Positions 28,341 to 43,368 of a stretch of DNA of 64,000 nt are shown piece by piece; the first letter of the stretch is position 1, and the number at the start of each line of letters is the position of its first letter. The notes under the pieces are model-generated. The model saw only the letters and a program-made list of their open reading frames with translations. It ran no database searches and had not been told where the DNA came from. The stretch spans positions 18,731-82,730 of the forward strand of contig CAXHJY010000705.1 in the NCBI GenBank assembly GCA_964016885.1. The letters run 5' to 3'. The DNA is from Eledone cirrhosa. Lineage: Eukaryota. The position numbers and the translations under genes were made by a program.

Positions 28341-29479
28341 CTTAAAAAGTATTATATTACGGAAATAATTCTTTATTATGGCCTTTTAGATTTAGAGTTC
28401 AGGTCGCACTGGGGAGAACTGTGTTTCTTATTCCTACCTGATTGATAACATAATATACCAGTAATGTAACAGGGTCATTTTCGTAGATTTTCTTTCTACT
28501 AAAAAAAAAAATGGTAATTTTTTGGAGTAGAAAATCATTTTAAATATTGTACATCATTTCAGTCGTTATACGTTTTTATACTTCAAATAATATCTAAAAC
28601 AATTCCTAGCTCGAGGATGGTGAAAGATCTCACGCATGCAACAGGTGGCAAAAGAAAATATTTTCATGGTAATTGAAATACATTTTTGTTAGTGATTGTA
28701 TTCATTTTTAATAGACAACCTTTCGATTTTTAGCTGTCATCTGTGTGGCTTTAGTGATATTGTTTTTGTTTTTTTTAAATGTTCAAGCAGTGGCCATCTT
28801 GTCAAAATGGAAGAAAAGATATGTTTTACTTTGATATCTGAGTTTAACGCTGTTAACTGTGATTAATATTACAACATCAAAGACTGCAACAACTACAACA
28901 ACAACACAACCGACAACAACAACACCAACAACTGCGACCTTATCAAAACTATCTTGTCGACTTCTTAAAGAATATTTTCAATATATTACTCTTCTTTTTT
29001 ACCATAAAATATTTTATAAAATACAAATATAAAAGAATTACTGACAGTACTGACACAGCGTGATTCCCTATAAAGATGTATATATAGGCCTGTATACAAC
29101 CGTTTGTGTATAGTAAACAACATTTTTATCTCGCTATGTGTATTTGTAGCTGCAATCATATGACAACTTGGTATTGGTGGATGGTGATCGCTGGATACAC
29201 GTATGGTACTTCAGTGTCGTTACACTTCGTCAGGAGATAGGGACAGAAGCAACTAGATTTTGTTAGCAGGATTTTGTAAAAAAGCTTATTTCAAAATAGA
29301 AATTTTACATAGAAAACAAACAAACTAAAATAAAGTACGTACTCACACATACTTACATACAAACCTCACGTAAACACACATACACATACGCGCGCTCACA
29401 TACACAAATTCACACGCATTCGAAGAAACATTCTATACACACACGCACAAATACACACACACGTACACACATAAAAACA

Positions 29480-30493
29480 CAGAAGCTGACAGGCGCTCCT
29501 CCATACGCATTACAAAGACACACTCCACACACACACTCACACGCACACATACATACAAACATACACACACACACACACACTAGCTGACAGGCGCTCCTCC
29601 ACACGCATTACAAAAAAAAACACCACACACACTTACATACAAACACACATACACACACACTAGCTGACAGGCGCTTCTCCACACGCATTACAAAGACACA
29701 CTCCACACATACATACGCACACATACATACAAACACATACACACACACTACATGACAGGCGCTCATCCACACGCATTACAAAGACACACTCCACACACAC
29801 ACACATACATACAAACACACACACACACACTAGCTGACAGGCCCTACTCCACACGCATACAAAGACACACTCTACACACACACACACACTAGCTGACAGG
29901 CGTGCTCCTCCACACGCATACAAAGCACGTGAACTACACACACACGTACACACAACAACACACACACGCACACATACATACAAACACACATACACACACA
30001 CTTGCTGACAGGCGCTCCTCCACACGCATACAAAGAACGTGAACTACGTACACACAACAACACACACACACATATACATACATACACACACACACTAGCT
30101 GACAGGCGCGCTCCTCCACACGCATACAAAGCACGTGGACTACACACACACACTACATTACAGGCGCTCCTCCACACGCATTACAAAGACACACTCCACA
30201 CACACACACGCACATACAAACACACACACACACACACACTAGCTGACAGGCGCTACTCCACACGCATTACAAAGACACCCCCCCACACACACACACGCAC
30301 ACGTACATACAAACACACACACACACACACACACACACTAGCTGACAGGCGCTCCTCCACACGCATTACAAAGACACACCCCCCACACACACACGCACAT
30401 ACAAACATACACACACACACACACTAGCTGACAGGCGGTCCTCCACACGCATTACAAAGACACCCCCCCCCCACACACACGCACACGTACATA

Positions 30494-30527
<34 letters not shown>

Positions 30528-30650
30528 CTGACAGGCGCTCCTCCACACGCATACAAAGCCCGTGAACTACACACACACATACACACAACAAGACACACAC
30601 ACATACACATACACATACACACATACACTAGCTGACAGGCGCTCATCCAC
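29480..30650. repeat. Compound minisatellite (~14 units of CTAGCTGACAGGCGCTCCTCCACACGCATTACAAAG plus a variable CA tract)
   Basis: The core recurs roughly every 60-110 bp. Confidence 0.9.
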
Positions 30651-30845
30651 ACGAATAAAAATCACGTGAACTACACACACACGTACACAGAACATCACAC
30701 ACAATCACACACATACACATACACACTAGCGACAGACCCTCCCCTATACTTACGAAACACGCCGACCTCCATAATTCAATCGAAGGAACAGAATTCAAGC
30801 GATAAAGTAAAAATTGGAGTTGAAGCTTTTTAAAAAATAAGATAA

Positions 30846-30846
<1 letters not shown>

Positions 30847-30907
<61 letters not shown>

Positions 30908-33215
30908 GCAGCAACAACAACAGTGGTAACAGTAACAATAACAACAACAGCAGCAGCAACAATAACAGCAACAACAGCAGTGGTAACAGCAGCAACAACA
31001 ACAACAGCAACAACAACAACAACAGCAACAACAACAACAACAACAGCAGTGGTAACAGCAACAACAGCAACAACAACATCAGTAACAGCAACAACAGCAA
31101 CAGCAGTAATCACAACAACAACAACAACAACATCAGTAACAGTAACAACAGCAACAACAGTAACCACAACAACAACAGTAACCACAACAACAACAACAAC
31201 AACATCAGTAACAGTAACAACAGCAACAACAGTAACCACAACAACAAAAGCAACAACAACAGCAACAACGGTAACCACAACAACAACAACAACAACATCA
31301 GTAACAGTAACAACAGCAACAACAGTAACCACAACAACAACAGCAACAACAACAGCAACAACGGTAACCACAACAACAACAACAACAACATCAGTAACAG
31401 TAACAACAGCAACAACAGTAACAGTAACAACAGCAACCACAACAACAACAGTAACCACAACAACAACAACAACATCAGTAACAGTAACAACAGCAACAAC
31501 AGTAAACACAACAACAACAGTAACCACAACAACAACAACAACAACAACATCAGTAACAGTAACAACAGCAACAACAGTAACCACAACAACAAAAGCAACA
31601 ACAACAGCAACAACAGTAACCACAACAACAACAACAACAACAGTAACAGTAACAACAACAACATCAGTAACAGTAACAACAACAACCACAACAACAACAG
31701 TAACCACAACAACAACAACAACAACATCAGTAACAGTAACAACAGCAACAACAGTAACCACAACAACAAAAGCAACAACAACAGCAACAACAGTAACCAC
31801 AACAACAACAACAACAACAACATCAGTAACAGTAACAACAGCAACAACAGTAACCGCAACAACAAAAGCAACAACAACAGCAACAACAGTAACCACAACA
31901 ACAACAACAACAACAGTAACAGTAACAACAACAACATCAGTAACAGTAACAACAACAACCACAACAACAACAGTAACCACAACAACAACAACAACAACAG
32001 TAACAGTAACAACAACAACATCAGTAACAGTAACAACAACAACCACAACAACAACAGTAACCACAACAACAACAACAACAACAGTAACAGTAACAACAAC
32101 AACATCAGTAACAGTAACAACAACAACCACAACAACAACAGTAACCACAACAACAAAAGCAACAACAACAGCAACAACAGTAACCACAACAACAACAACA
32201 ACAACAACATCAGTAACAGTAACAACAGCAACAACAGTAACCACAACAACAAAAGCAACAACAACAGCAACAACAGTAACCACAACAACAACAACAACAA
32301 CAACATCAGTAACAGTAACAACAGCAACAACAGTAACCGCAACAACAAAAGCAACAACAACAGCAACAACAGTAACCACAACAACAACAACAACATCAGT
32401 AACAGTAACAACAACAACCACAACAACAACAGTAACCACAACAACAACAACAACAACATCAGTAACAGTAACAACAGCAACAACAGTAACCACAACAACA
32501 ACAGTAACCACAACAACAACAACAACAACAACAGTAACAACAACAACAACAACAACATCAGTAACAGTAACAACAGCAACAACAGTAACCACAACAACAA
32601 AAGCAACAACAACAGCAACAACGGTAACCACAACAACAACAACAACAACAACATCAGTAACAGTAACAACAACAACATCAGTAACAGTAACAACAGCAAC
32701 CACAACAACAACAGTAACCACAACAACAACAACAACATCAGTAACAGTAACAACAGCAACAACAGTAAACACAACAACAACAGTAACCACAACAACAACA
32801 ACAACAACAACATCAGTAACAGTAACAACAGCAACAACAGTAACCACAACAACAAAAGCAACAACAACAGCAACAACAGTAACCACAACAACAACAACAA
32901 CAACAGTAAGAGTAACAACAACAACATCAGTAACAGTAACAACAACAACCACAACAACAACAGTAACCACAACAACAACAACAACAACATCAGTAACAGT
33001 AACAACAGCAACAACAGTAACCACAACAACAAAAGCAACAACAACAGCAACAACAGTAACCACAACAACAACAACAACAACAACATCAGTAACAGTAACA
33101 ACAGCAACAGCAGTAACCGCAACAACAAAAGCAACAACAACAGCAACAACAGCAACAACAGCAGTGGTAACAGTAACAACAACAACAACAGCAACAACAG
33201 CAACAACAACAACAT
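30847..33215. repeat. 2.4-kb (AAC)-based repeat with higher-order modules
   Basis: Recurring modules such as ATCAGTAACAGTAACAACAGCAACAACAGTAACCAC and AAAAGCAAC. Confidence 0.95.
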
Positions 33216-33339
33216 AAAAATATAAAAAAAAAAATAATGGTGATGATGGTGATGATGGTGATGGTGCTGGTGATGTTGGTGGTGGTGATGATGATGGTAA
33301 TGATGATGATGATGATGATGGTGGTGAAGATGAGGATGT

Positions 33340-33371
<32 letters not shown>

Positions 33372-33769
33372 GTGATGGTGGCGATAATGGGGGTGTTGAT
33401 GATGGTGATGGTGATGGTGCTGATGATGGTGTTGGTGGTGATGATGATGATAATGATGATGAAGGTGGTGATGTTGGTGTTGGTGAGGATGATGATAATG
33501 GTGATGGTGATGATGGTGATGGTGATGATGATGGTGATGATGATGGTGATGATTTTAAAACCTGCAAAGAAACCTCTCTTTAAAATGGTTTCCCTCCAAA
33601 ATCACGTGGACAGAGAAAAATTGAATTATTAATGAAAAAAAAAATGGCACCTTCATTTTAACAGTGACATTTAGAATGTTGGAGAAGAAAGGAAAAGAGG
33701 GCGAGAAATGGCTGTGAATTTCTCCTTCTTTCTTAATCTTTACATCTCACTTTACACACACACGTATAT

Positions 33770-35210
33770 ATATATATAAGTATGTATACGTACATACATT
33801 TATGTATACAGACGTACAGTAGTATGTATATATATACATACATGCACACACATATATATATATATAAGTATGTATACGTACGTACATTTATGTATACAGA
33901 CGTACAGTAGTATGCATATATATATACATACATGCACACACATATATATATATATATATAAGTATGTATACGTACATACATTTATGTATACAGACGTACA
34001 GTAGTATGCATATATATATACATACATGCACACACATATATATATATATATAAGTATGTATACGTACATACATATATGTATACAGACGTACAGTAGTATG
34101 TATACATATATACATACATGCACACATATATATATATATAAGTATGTATACGTACATACATTTATGTATACAGGCGTACAGTAGTATGCATATATATATA
34201 CATACATGCACACATATATATATATATATATATAAGTATGTATACGTACATACATATATGTATACAGACGTACAATAGTATGCATATATATATACATACA
34301 TGCACACACATATATATATATATATATATAAGTATGTATACGTACATACATTTATGTATACAGACGTACAATAGTATGTATATATATATACATACATGCG
34401 CCACACATATATATATATAAGTATGTATACGTATAACATTTATGTATACAGACGTACAGTAGTATGCATATATATATACATACATGCACACATATATATA
34501 TATATAAGTATGTATACGTACATACATTTATGTATACAGACGTACAGTAGTATGCATATATATATACATACATGCACACATAAATATATATATATATATA
34601 TATAAGTATGTATACGTACATACATATATCTATACAGACGTACAGTAGTATGCATATATATATACATACATGCACACATATATATATATATATAAGTATG
34701 TATACGTACATACATTTATGTATACAGACGTACAATAGTATGCATATATATACATACATGCACACATATATATATAAGTATGTATACGTACATACATTTA
34801 TGTATACAGACGTACAATAGTATGCATATATATACATACATGCACACATATATATATATATAAGTATGTATACGTACATACATATATGTATACAGACGTA
34901 CAATAGTATGCATATATATATACATACATGAAAACATAAATATATATATATAAGTATGTATACGTACATACATTTATGTATACAGACGTACAGTAGTATG
35001 CATATATATATATACATACATGCACACATATATATATATATAAGTATGTATACGTACATACATATATGTATACAGGCGTACAGTAGTATGCATATATATA
35101 TATACATACATGCACACATAAATATATATATATAAGTATCTATACGTACATACATATATGTATACAGGCGTACAGTAGTATGTATATATATATACATACA
35201 TGCACACATA
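33770..35210. repeat. ~90-bp minisatellite, ~16 copies
   Basis: AGTATGTATACGTACATACATTTATGTATACAGACGTACAGTAGTATG + (TA)n/(CA)n. Confidence 0.92.
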
Positions 35211-35289
35211 TATATATATATATGTACGTATGGATATAAGTAACAGCCGTACTAAGAGTGGGTAATGAAATTTCGTTTCATTTTTTTCC

Positions 35290-35365
<76 letters not shown>

Positions 35366-35449
35366 TTCTTTCTAACCCTTTCTCACTCTCTCTCTATCTA
35401 TCTATCTATCTATCTCTCTATCTCTCTATCTCTCTATCTATCTCCCTGT

Positions 35450-35468
35450 CTATATATATATTTATATA

Positions 35469-35513
<45 letters not shown>

Positions 35514-35518
35514 TTATT

Positions 35519-35569
<51 letters not shown>

Positions 35570-35620
35570 ATATATATGTATGTATATATATATATGTATA
35601 TATATATATGTGTGTGTATG

Positions 35621-35652
<32 letters not shown>

Positions 35653-35691
35653 TGTATATATATACATATATATAGGTATATATATATATAC

Positions 35692-35782
<91 letters not shown>

Positions 35783-35837
35783 TATACATATATATATTTA
35801 TACATATATATATGTATATACATATATATATGTATAC

Positions 35838-35890
<53 letters not shown>

Positions 35891-36005
35891 CATATGTATA
35901 CATATATATATGTATACATATATATATATGTATACATATATATATGTATACATATATATATGTATACATATATATATGTATACATATATATATATACATA
36001 TATAC

Positions 36006-36036
<31 letters not shown>

Positions 36037-36082
36037 TATATACATATATATATGTATATATATATACATATATATACATATA

Positions 36083-36124
<42 letters not shown>

Positions 36125-36174
36125 TACATATATATATGTATATATATATACATATATATACATATATATATGTA

Positions 36175-36208
<34 letters not shown>

Positions 36209-36219
36209 CATATATATAC

Positions 36220-36250
<31 letters not shown>

Positions 36251-36268
36251 TATATATACATATATATG

Positions 36269-36315
<47 letters not shown>

Positions 36316-36369
36316 GTATATATATATACATATATATATGTATATATATATACATATATATATGTGTAC

Positions 36370-36414
<45 letters not shown>

Positions 36415-36465
36415 CATATATATACATATATATATGTATATATATATACATATATATATGTATAC

Positions 36466-36505
<40 letters not shown>

Positions 36506-36511
36506 GTATAC

Positions 36512-36554
<43 letters not shown>

Positions 36555-36693
36555 CATATATATACATATATATATGTATATATATATATACATATATATA
36601 TGTATACATATATATATGTATATATATATATATATATATATACATATATATATGTATACATATATATATGTATATATATATATATATGTATAC

Positions 36694-36733
<40 letters not shown>

Positions 36734-36792
36734 GTATACATATATATATGTATATATATATATACATATATATATGTATACATATAGATATG

Positions 36793-36823
<31 letters not shown>

Positions 36824-36923
36824 GTATACATATATATATATATGTATACATATATATATATGTATACATATATATATATATATATATATGTATACATATA
36901 TATATGTATACATATATATATGT

Positions 36924-36996
<73 letters not shown>
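35450..36996. repeat. ~1.5-kb (TA)n tract interrupted by G/C
   Basis: Direct inspection. Confidence 0.95.
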
Positions 36997-37002
<6 letters not shown>

Positions 37003-37521
37003 GAGAAGAAAGAATACTGTGTGGTTGCACATGGGTTACATATGATAAAAATAGTCATTTTCATCATTGTGATTTTCCAACCTTCATTGGTATTTGATCG
37101 CTTTAAAAATCATATACCTCCAGTTGGTGCGAGCAATAGCTAAATAAAGCTATTGGGACAAGTAAATCGCGTAAAGCGAGAGAGACAGATAAAGAAACAT
37201 AGAAGGATAGCAACGCAAAGATAGGAAAAAACAAGCACATGGAGTCCGGTCAGCATAATCTGGGTGGATTTCATGAGCGAGGGAGACAGCAGACCGTCCG
37301 AGGCGAGTGAGGTGTGAGCAGGAAAGGACACCACTACAGTCCAAACGAGAGTGAGTGAGTGGAAGTGCGAGGAAGAGGCCAGTCGAGAGAGAGTGTGACT
37401 GACAGATGGGGCGAAAGAAGGTGAGAGAAACAGAGAGAGCGGGGAAGCAGTAAGAGAGAAACAGACAAACGCAGCTGGGGAAATCGCTTTAAAAATCATA
37501 TATATATATATATATATATAT

Positions 37522-37720
37522 GTAACGAAGGAAAAGTGGTAAGGAACCAGGTGGACCATAACGCACCAAAGTACTCAATACTTAGGGTAGTAGAGTGGGT
37601 AATAGGAACAAGTAAAGCCCCGACGGCTGAGCTCAAGTCGTTTCGACGGCTAATTCTGGACTCCAGAATTAGACGTCGAAACGGCTTGAGCTCAGCCGTC
37701 GGGGTCTTACTTGTTCCTAT
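37522..37720. mobile_element. PLE-like fold-back element, family B
   Basis: Near-perfect hairpin 37602-37720 (~57-bp arms, very short loop) containing cgtcGAAAcgg; tail homologous to 17325-17400; flanked by (TA)n. Confidence 0.65.
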
Positions 37721-37845
37721 ATATATATGTATACATATACATATATATATGTATACATATATATATATGTATACATATATATATGTATATATATTTATAT
37801 ATATGTATATATATATATATATGTATGTATATATATATATGTATG

Positions 37846-37881
<36 letters not shown>

Positions 37882-38029
37882 AGGATTAAAATACTGGACC
37901 GTGTTGGAGATAAACACCCTCTTCGTATTATAGAAATGACAGTAAAAGGTATAGCTCAATGTAATTAAACAGAGCCGAAGAATTATTTTCGGCTTGTATT
38001 GGCCGATAGTGCTTCTTGTAGATTTAATT

Positions 38030-38067
38030 GCCCTGATGAGTCCTTAATAGGACGAAACATTGTTGGC
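38030..38067 (+). ncRNA. Minimal type-I hammerhead ribozyme motif
   Basis: gcc-CTGATGA-gtcct(taat)aggac-GAAA-cattg-TT-ggc, followed by AATAAA; lies in a ~230-bp island between (TA)n tracts. Confidence 0.75.
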
Positions 38068-38115
38068 TAATAAAGACTTTTGATGTATTGAAGGCTTCTT
38101 TGTTTTACTTTCGTA

Positions 38116-38149
<34 letters not shown>

Positions 38150-38344
38150 GTACATCTGGATGCTACTGAATCTTATACTTGAAGAGTGAAAATCCTTAAA
38201 CATTCGGCCATTATGCGTCCCCAACTTGATCTAATTAATATGAACGTACGGGATTACAAGAAAGAATCGCTGGACAGATATTACGGGTGAAAGCACCACA
38301 AATTGTATTCAGAATCCTTGCAACGATGAAGAGGAGGGGGAGGA

Positions 38345-38473
38345 GAAGAAGAAGAAGAAGAAGAAGAAGAAGAAGAAGAAGAAGAAGAAGAAGAAGAAGA
38401 AGAAGAAGAAGAAGAAGAAGAAGAAGAAGAAGAAGAAGAAGAAGAAGAAGAAGAAGAAGAAGAAGAAGAAGAA
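38345..38473. repeat. (GAA)n microsatellite
   Basis: Direct inspection. Confidence 0.98.
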
Positions 38474-38997
38474 GCGACTACCAGAACTGAAAAGCGTTAC
38501 CAATTATTTGTTGTGTTGTCGTTGTTGTTATTTTTTTTGGGGGGGAAGTATGGGGAGGGGGGCGAGTCCCCTCTCTAATCAGTGGAGTAAAGATGATTTC
38601 TTTTATTTGAGCTCCAAAATATTTCGTGGGGTTAAGATCCTCAAAAGGATGTGTATGTATAATCTGCAAATATCAACAATAAAATAAAAACGTATTAATT
38701 TCATAATAAAAAAAGGTTTGAAGAGGAAATTTAATGGAATATTCGAAGACTTTGGAAGCGGAAAATGGTGATTTATGACAACATTGTAAGCTTGGCTGAG
38801 CAAAGGACGCATGCCCAAGTACTGCTGTGAAAGGAAACATGATGTGAAAACGTTCATGGCCGTTTAATGCGTTCCCATTATAAAATTAAAGGACCGAAAG
38901 ATGGCGCTGTGCGATTTAATATATTTGGTCGGCTGCATTCTGCCATTTAAATGATAGAAGTTTAACGTTGCAAGGACCGTATCGTATCAGCCTACTA

Positions 38998-39038
<41 letters not shown>

Positions 39039-39114
39039 GCTACTATTGCCACTACTACTACTACTACTACTAATACCACTGCTACTACTACTACTACTAC
39101 TACTAATACCACTG

Positions 39115-39190
<76 letters not shown>

Positions 39191-39552
39191 ATTGTAAATA
39201 CATGTCCGTAGTACCAGAGCTGTAATTTCTCATTTCGGAGAAATAGCGGCCCTACCTGAAGGAAGTCTCTGATCACTAAGCTGTTGAAGGTGGTTACCTG
39301 TTATAAAACTTAGAATGGGAAGGGCCTGACTGGTCGTAAAATGCCCAAGGAACGCCGTATCTCAATACGAGGCTTCTACGACTCCATCAGGAATTACGGA
39401 ACCAAACCGTATTTGTTATAAAATCCTCTGGGAGGCACCGATGAAGACTTTACATTCTGTATACTCTCGGGAATAAGAAAAAGGCAAGAAACATTTGATA
39501 GAATGGTAAAAGTGAAACGAAATTTCATTTCTCACTCTTAGTACGAAGGTAT

Positions 39553-39595
39553 ACGTTGCTGACGATAGCTAATAAGCTTGAAACTAGTACAGCGT
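39553..39595 (+). ncRNA. Atypical minimal hammerhead motif (U.U at base of stem II)
   Basis: acgttg-CTGACGA-t-agct(aata)agct-t-GAAA-ctag-TA-cagcgt; stem I pairs and stem III is palindromic. Confidence 0.65.
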
Positions 39596-40583
39596 TCCTT
39601 TGTCAGTGTTGAACAAATGAGCAACGATGGTTGCTAGACACTGTACGGCTTAATACGGGATGTTTGTTTACAAACACACCAAGCATTATAATAAATGTTC
39701 GGTGAATCCAAACGTACATATATATATGTGTGCATGTATGTATATATATATATACATACTACTGTACGTCTGTATACATATATGTATGTAGGTCTACATA
39801 CTTATATCTGATAGAATGTAATATTTAAATTTCGATAATAATCTAGCACACGGAAGAGCCGCACTCCCATTGTCCTAGCTTCCATCTCTCTCACCCTCCC
39901 CATCTCTCTCTCCCTCCTCATCTCTCTCGCCCTCCCTATCTCTCTCATGTACACCAGGTCCGAACACAGAGGTGCCCAACTCCCACTGTCATCACCTCCA
40001 TCTCTCTCGCCCTCCCCATCTCTCCCATGTACACCAGGTCCGAATACAGAGGTGCCCAACTCCCACTGTCATCACCTCCATCTCTCTCTCCCTCACCCTA
40101 TCTCTTGCCCCCACCCCATCTCTCTTGCCCTCCTCATCTCTTGCCCTCCCCATCTCTCTCTCCCTCCCCATCTCTCTTGCCCTCCTCATCCCTCTCTCCC
40201 TCCCAATCTCTCTCGCCCTCCCAATCTCTCTCGCCCTCCCTATCTCTCTCATGTACACCAGGTCCAAACACAGAGGTGCCCAACTCCCACTGTCATCACC
40301 TCCATCTCTCTCTCCCTCCCCATCTCTCTGTATAGTGAGCAAATGGGGTCCCCCATGCTGGACGCCCCACAGCCCCGGCTGACAGAATGGAGAAAGCGTT
40401 TCCCCGATGGATGGTACGGGAGATAGGTTTCGATAAATATCTCAACACATTGCAATTACGTGTTAATTCGTTTGAGTCATGCATTTGAGGCGAACGTTCT
40501 GGTTATAACTAGAAGGTTCAAATAGTGAAATGTTGGCGTTTGCGTGATCACAGACCGAGTAGGTGTCATGACAAAAGAAAACA

Positions 40584-41190
40584 CCCAGTCCACGCTGTAA
40601 AGTGGTCGTGTAGGTAACACGGTAAAAAGTTCCCAGTCCACACTGTAATGTGATCGTGTAGGTAACACGGTAAAAAGTTCCCAGTCCACACTGTAATGTG
40701 GTCGTGTAGGTAACACGGTAAAAAGTTCCCAGTCCACACTGTAATGTGGTCGTGTAGGTAACACGGTAAAAAGTTCCCAGTCCACACTGTAATGTGGTCG
40801 TGTAGGTAACACGGTAAAAAGTTCCCAGTCCACACTGTAATGTGGTCGTGTAGGTAACACGGTAAAAAGTTCCCAGTCCACACTGTAATGTGGTCGTGTA
40901 GGTAACACGGTAAAAAGTTTCCAGTCCACACTGTAAAGTGGTCGTGTAGGTAACACGGAAAAAAGTTTCCAGTCCACACTGTAATGTGGCCATGTAGGTA
41001 ACACGGTAAAAGGTTCCCAGTCCACACTGTAAATGCGGTTGGTGTTAGGAAGGGCATCCAGCCGTATAAAACCTGCCAGATAGTCCTATACGAACGAAAC
41101 ACAGTCAGCCGACCAATCTTGCCTCAAGTGGGACAATTCCCGTCTAACCCATGCTAGCGTGGAAGATAGACGTTAAATGATGATGATGAT
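40584..41190 (+). mobile_element. SINE-like repeat with internal 48-bp tandem array (~9 copies) and (TGA)n tail
   Basis: Unit CCCAGTCCACACTGTAATGTGGTCGTGTAGGTAACACGGTAAAAAGTT runs into AGGAAGGGCATCCAGCCGTA..AACCCATGCTAGC..GACGTTAAATGATGATG, a 3' end I recognise from octopus repeats (from memory, unverified). Confidence 0.65.
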
Positions 41191-41622
41191 AACACCTAGC
41201 TCAACAAATTGTAAACACAACAGCAACCCACATCATACAGAAGATGAGATCCTGAAAGATTAGAAACAATGATCTTCACACGCGAACATTATCCTTCGAA
41301 TCAAACTGCAAATGAACGCATACGAAAAATGTGTGTATGTATTAATAAAAGTACGTATGTATATGAAAATATTTCTTAAAAACACATCAATGACATTCAC
41401 TAATATCAATGGAACACCTACATAGTTGTACACGTAATATCACACATGCCCACCGCCATATATATGTGTGTGTGTGTGTATATATGTGTGTGTGGGTGTA
41501 TATATATATATTACACGCGGGAGCTTTACGTACATGAGACAGTCACCTAATATATATATATATATACATATATATAGATACATATGTGTGTATATCTATA
41601 TACACACATATACGTACATATG

Positions 41623-41668
<46 letters not shown>

Positions 41669-41703
41669 GTGACTGTTTCATGTACGTAGAGCTCACGCGT
41701 GTA

Positions 41704-41734
<31 letters not shown>

Positions 41735-41739
41735 TACTT

Positions 41740-41799
<60 letters not shown>

Positions 41800-42641
41800 C
41801 ACTTACATACTTACACACATAGAAACAAACATGAATGTATACATATATATACATTATGTCAGAGAGCATATAAGGACGACATAGTCACCTCGATGTATGT
41901 GTGTGTGGGGGGGGGCGTGCGTGTGTGTGTGTGCGTGCGTGTGTGTGTGTGTACACACTTAGATACTTATACACATCGAAACACACACGTGAATACATAT
42001 ATATATATATAAGTGAACTTACATGCACGGCAGTCACCTACGTGTATGTATATATATGTGTGTGTGTGTGTATATGTGTGCGTGTCTCTGTGTCTGTGTG
42101 TATGTGTGACTGTGTGTGTCTGTGTGCGTGTGTGTATGTGTGTGTGTGTATAATACACAAGACGAACACGCCTTTCAAGATATGTTTCTTTGAAAATTAT
42201 ATCAAACGAAAAGTCGTGTTCAGGTTTAATCATATTTAGTATAGATTTTAAAAACATACTACATACATACATATATATACATTTATATATATGTCAGTGT
42301 GTGTGTGTGTGTATGTGTGTGTATGTGTGTGTTTGTGTGTGTGAGTATATATATATATATATAAAAAGTAAATGAAATATATCCATACACATATAAGTGT
42401 GTATTAAGATATATCAAAACTTAAAACTAGAGACAATCTGTACTGAATTTAAGACTACATAATTTTTTGAGTATCCTATTAAATTTAATATTAAATTAAA
42501 GCAAAATACCTGATAACGATCAAAAATATTTATAATGATTAAGGATCCATTTTATTCTCTGAATTCTATCTTGAACTGTTTTTTAAGACAATACATATGT
42601 TTGATCTTTTATCATTCATGACATCATTTACTTTGAATTTA

Positions 42642-42679
<38 letters not shown>

Positions 42680-42683
42680 ATAT

Positions 42684-42945
42684 ATATATTTAATGTATAA
42701 TATAAAATACAATATAATTACCTCATTACCAGAGGTTTTCGGATACAAGAAACGTCCGCATTCATTCGTCAGACAAGGCATGACGAACGAATGCGGACGT
42801 TTCTTGTATCCGTCTTATTCGGGAAACCTCTGCTAATGAGGTAATTATATTGTATTGTTTATTATACATTAAATATTTAGCTCTGTAACTTACATAGAGC
42901 ACTCTTCATTCCTGTGACTTTTTCAACGGAAACTTCAACTCTTAT
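42684..42945. mobile_element. PLE-like fold-back element with hammerhead-like core
   Basis: Inverted arms ~42684-42771 / 42781-42878; right arm aTGACGA-[long stem II]-GAAA-cctc(tgctaat)gagg-TA. Confidence 0.6.
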
Positions 42946-42973
42946 ATATATATACACACATATATATATATAT

Positions 42974-43152
42974 TTGTGTCTACTTTAGGCACAAGGCCAG
43001 CAATTACCCAGTTCATTACTGGTACTTTATTTTATCGACCCTGTAAGGATGAAAGGCAAAGTCAACCTCGGCGGGATTTGAACTCAGATCGTAAAGGGAC
43101 GTAACTATACTGGAAAGCATGGCGTCCGACCCTCTACCGATACTGCCAATCC
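42974..43152 (-). mobile_element. SINE copy
   Basis: Full-length reverse match. Confidence 0.85.
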
Positions 43153-43159
43153 ATATTGG

Positions 43160-43348
43160 AAGTTAATATCCTTAGTGGTAGAGCACTCAGTCCATGGGAA
43201 GAATTTGGTAGAAGTAGTAACAGAAGAGTTAGTTCACCACACCAAGAACAATTGTTTCACAATCTGCTGGGAGTCCGAGCTGCTGAACATCCGCATAATT
43301 TGAAATAATTGTTCTCGGCATGGTGAACTAACTGTTATGTTACTACTT
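43160..43348. mobile_element. PLE-like fold-back element, degenerate hammerhead
   Basis: Arms 43212-43259 / 43301-43348; GAAA-caattg-TT on the minus arm; GCACTC motif at 43183. Confidence 0.55.
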
Positions 43349-43368
43349 ATATATATATATAGAAACGA

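Noticed and set aside
29480-30650. CRISPR-like repeat-spacer pattern
   Set aside because: Spacers are CA microsatellite of variable length, the context is eukaryotic and there are no cas genes; this is a compound minisatellite.
35258-37143. Long ORFs of 400-500 aa (YI-rich), and similar poly-L/V/T/H ORFs elsewhere
   Set aside because: Translations of microsatellites that lack stop codons.
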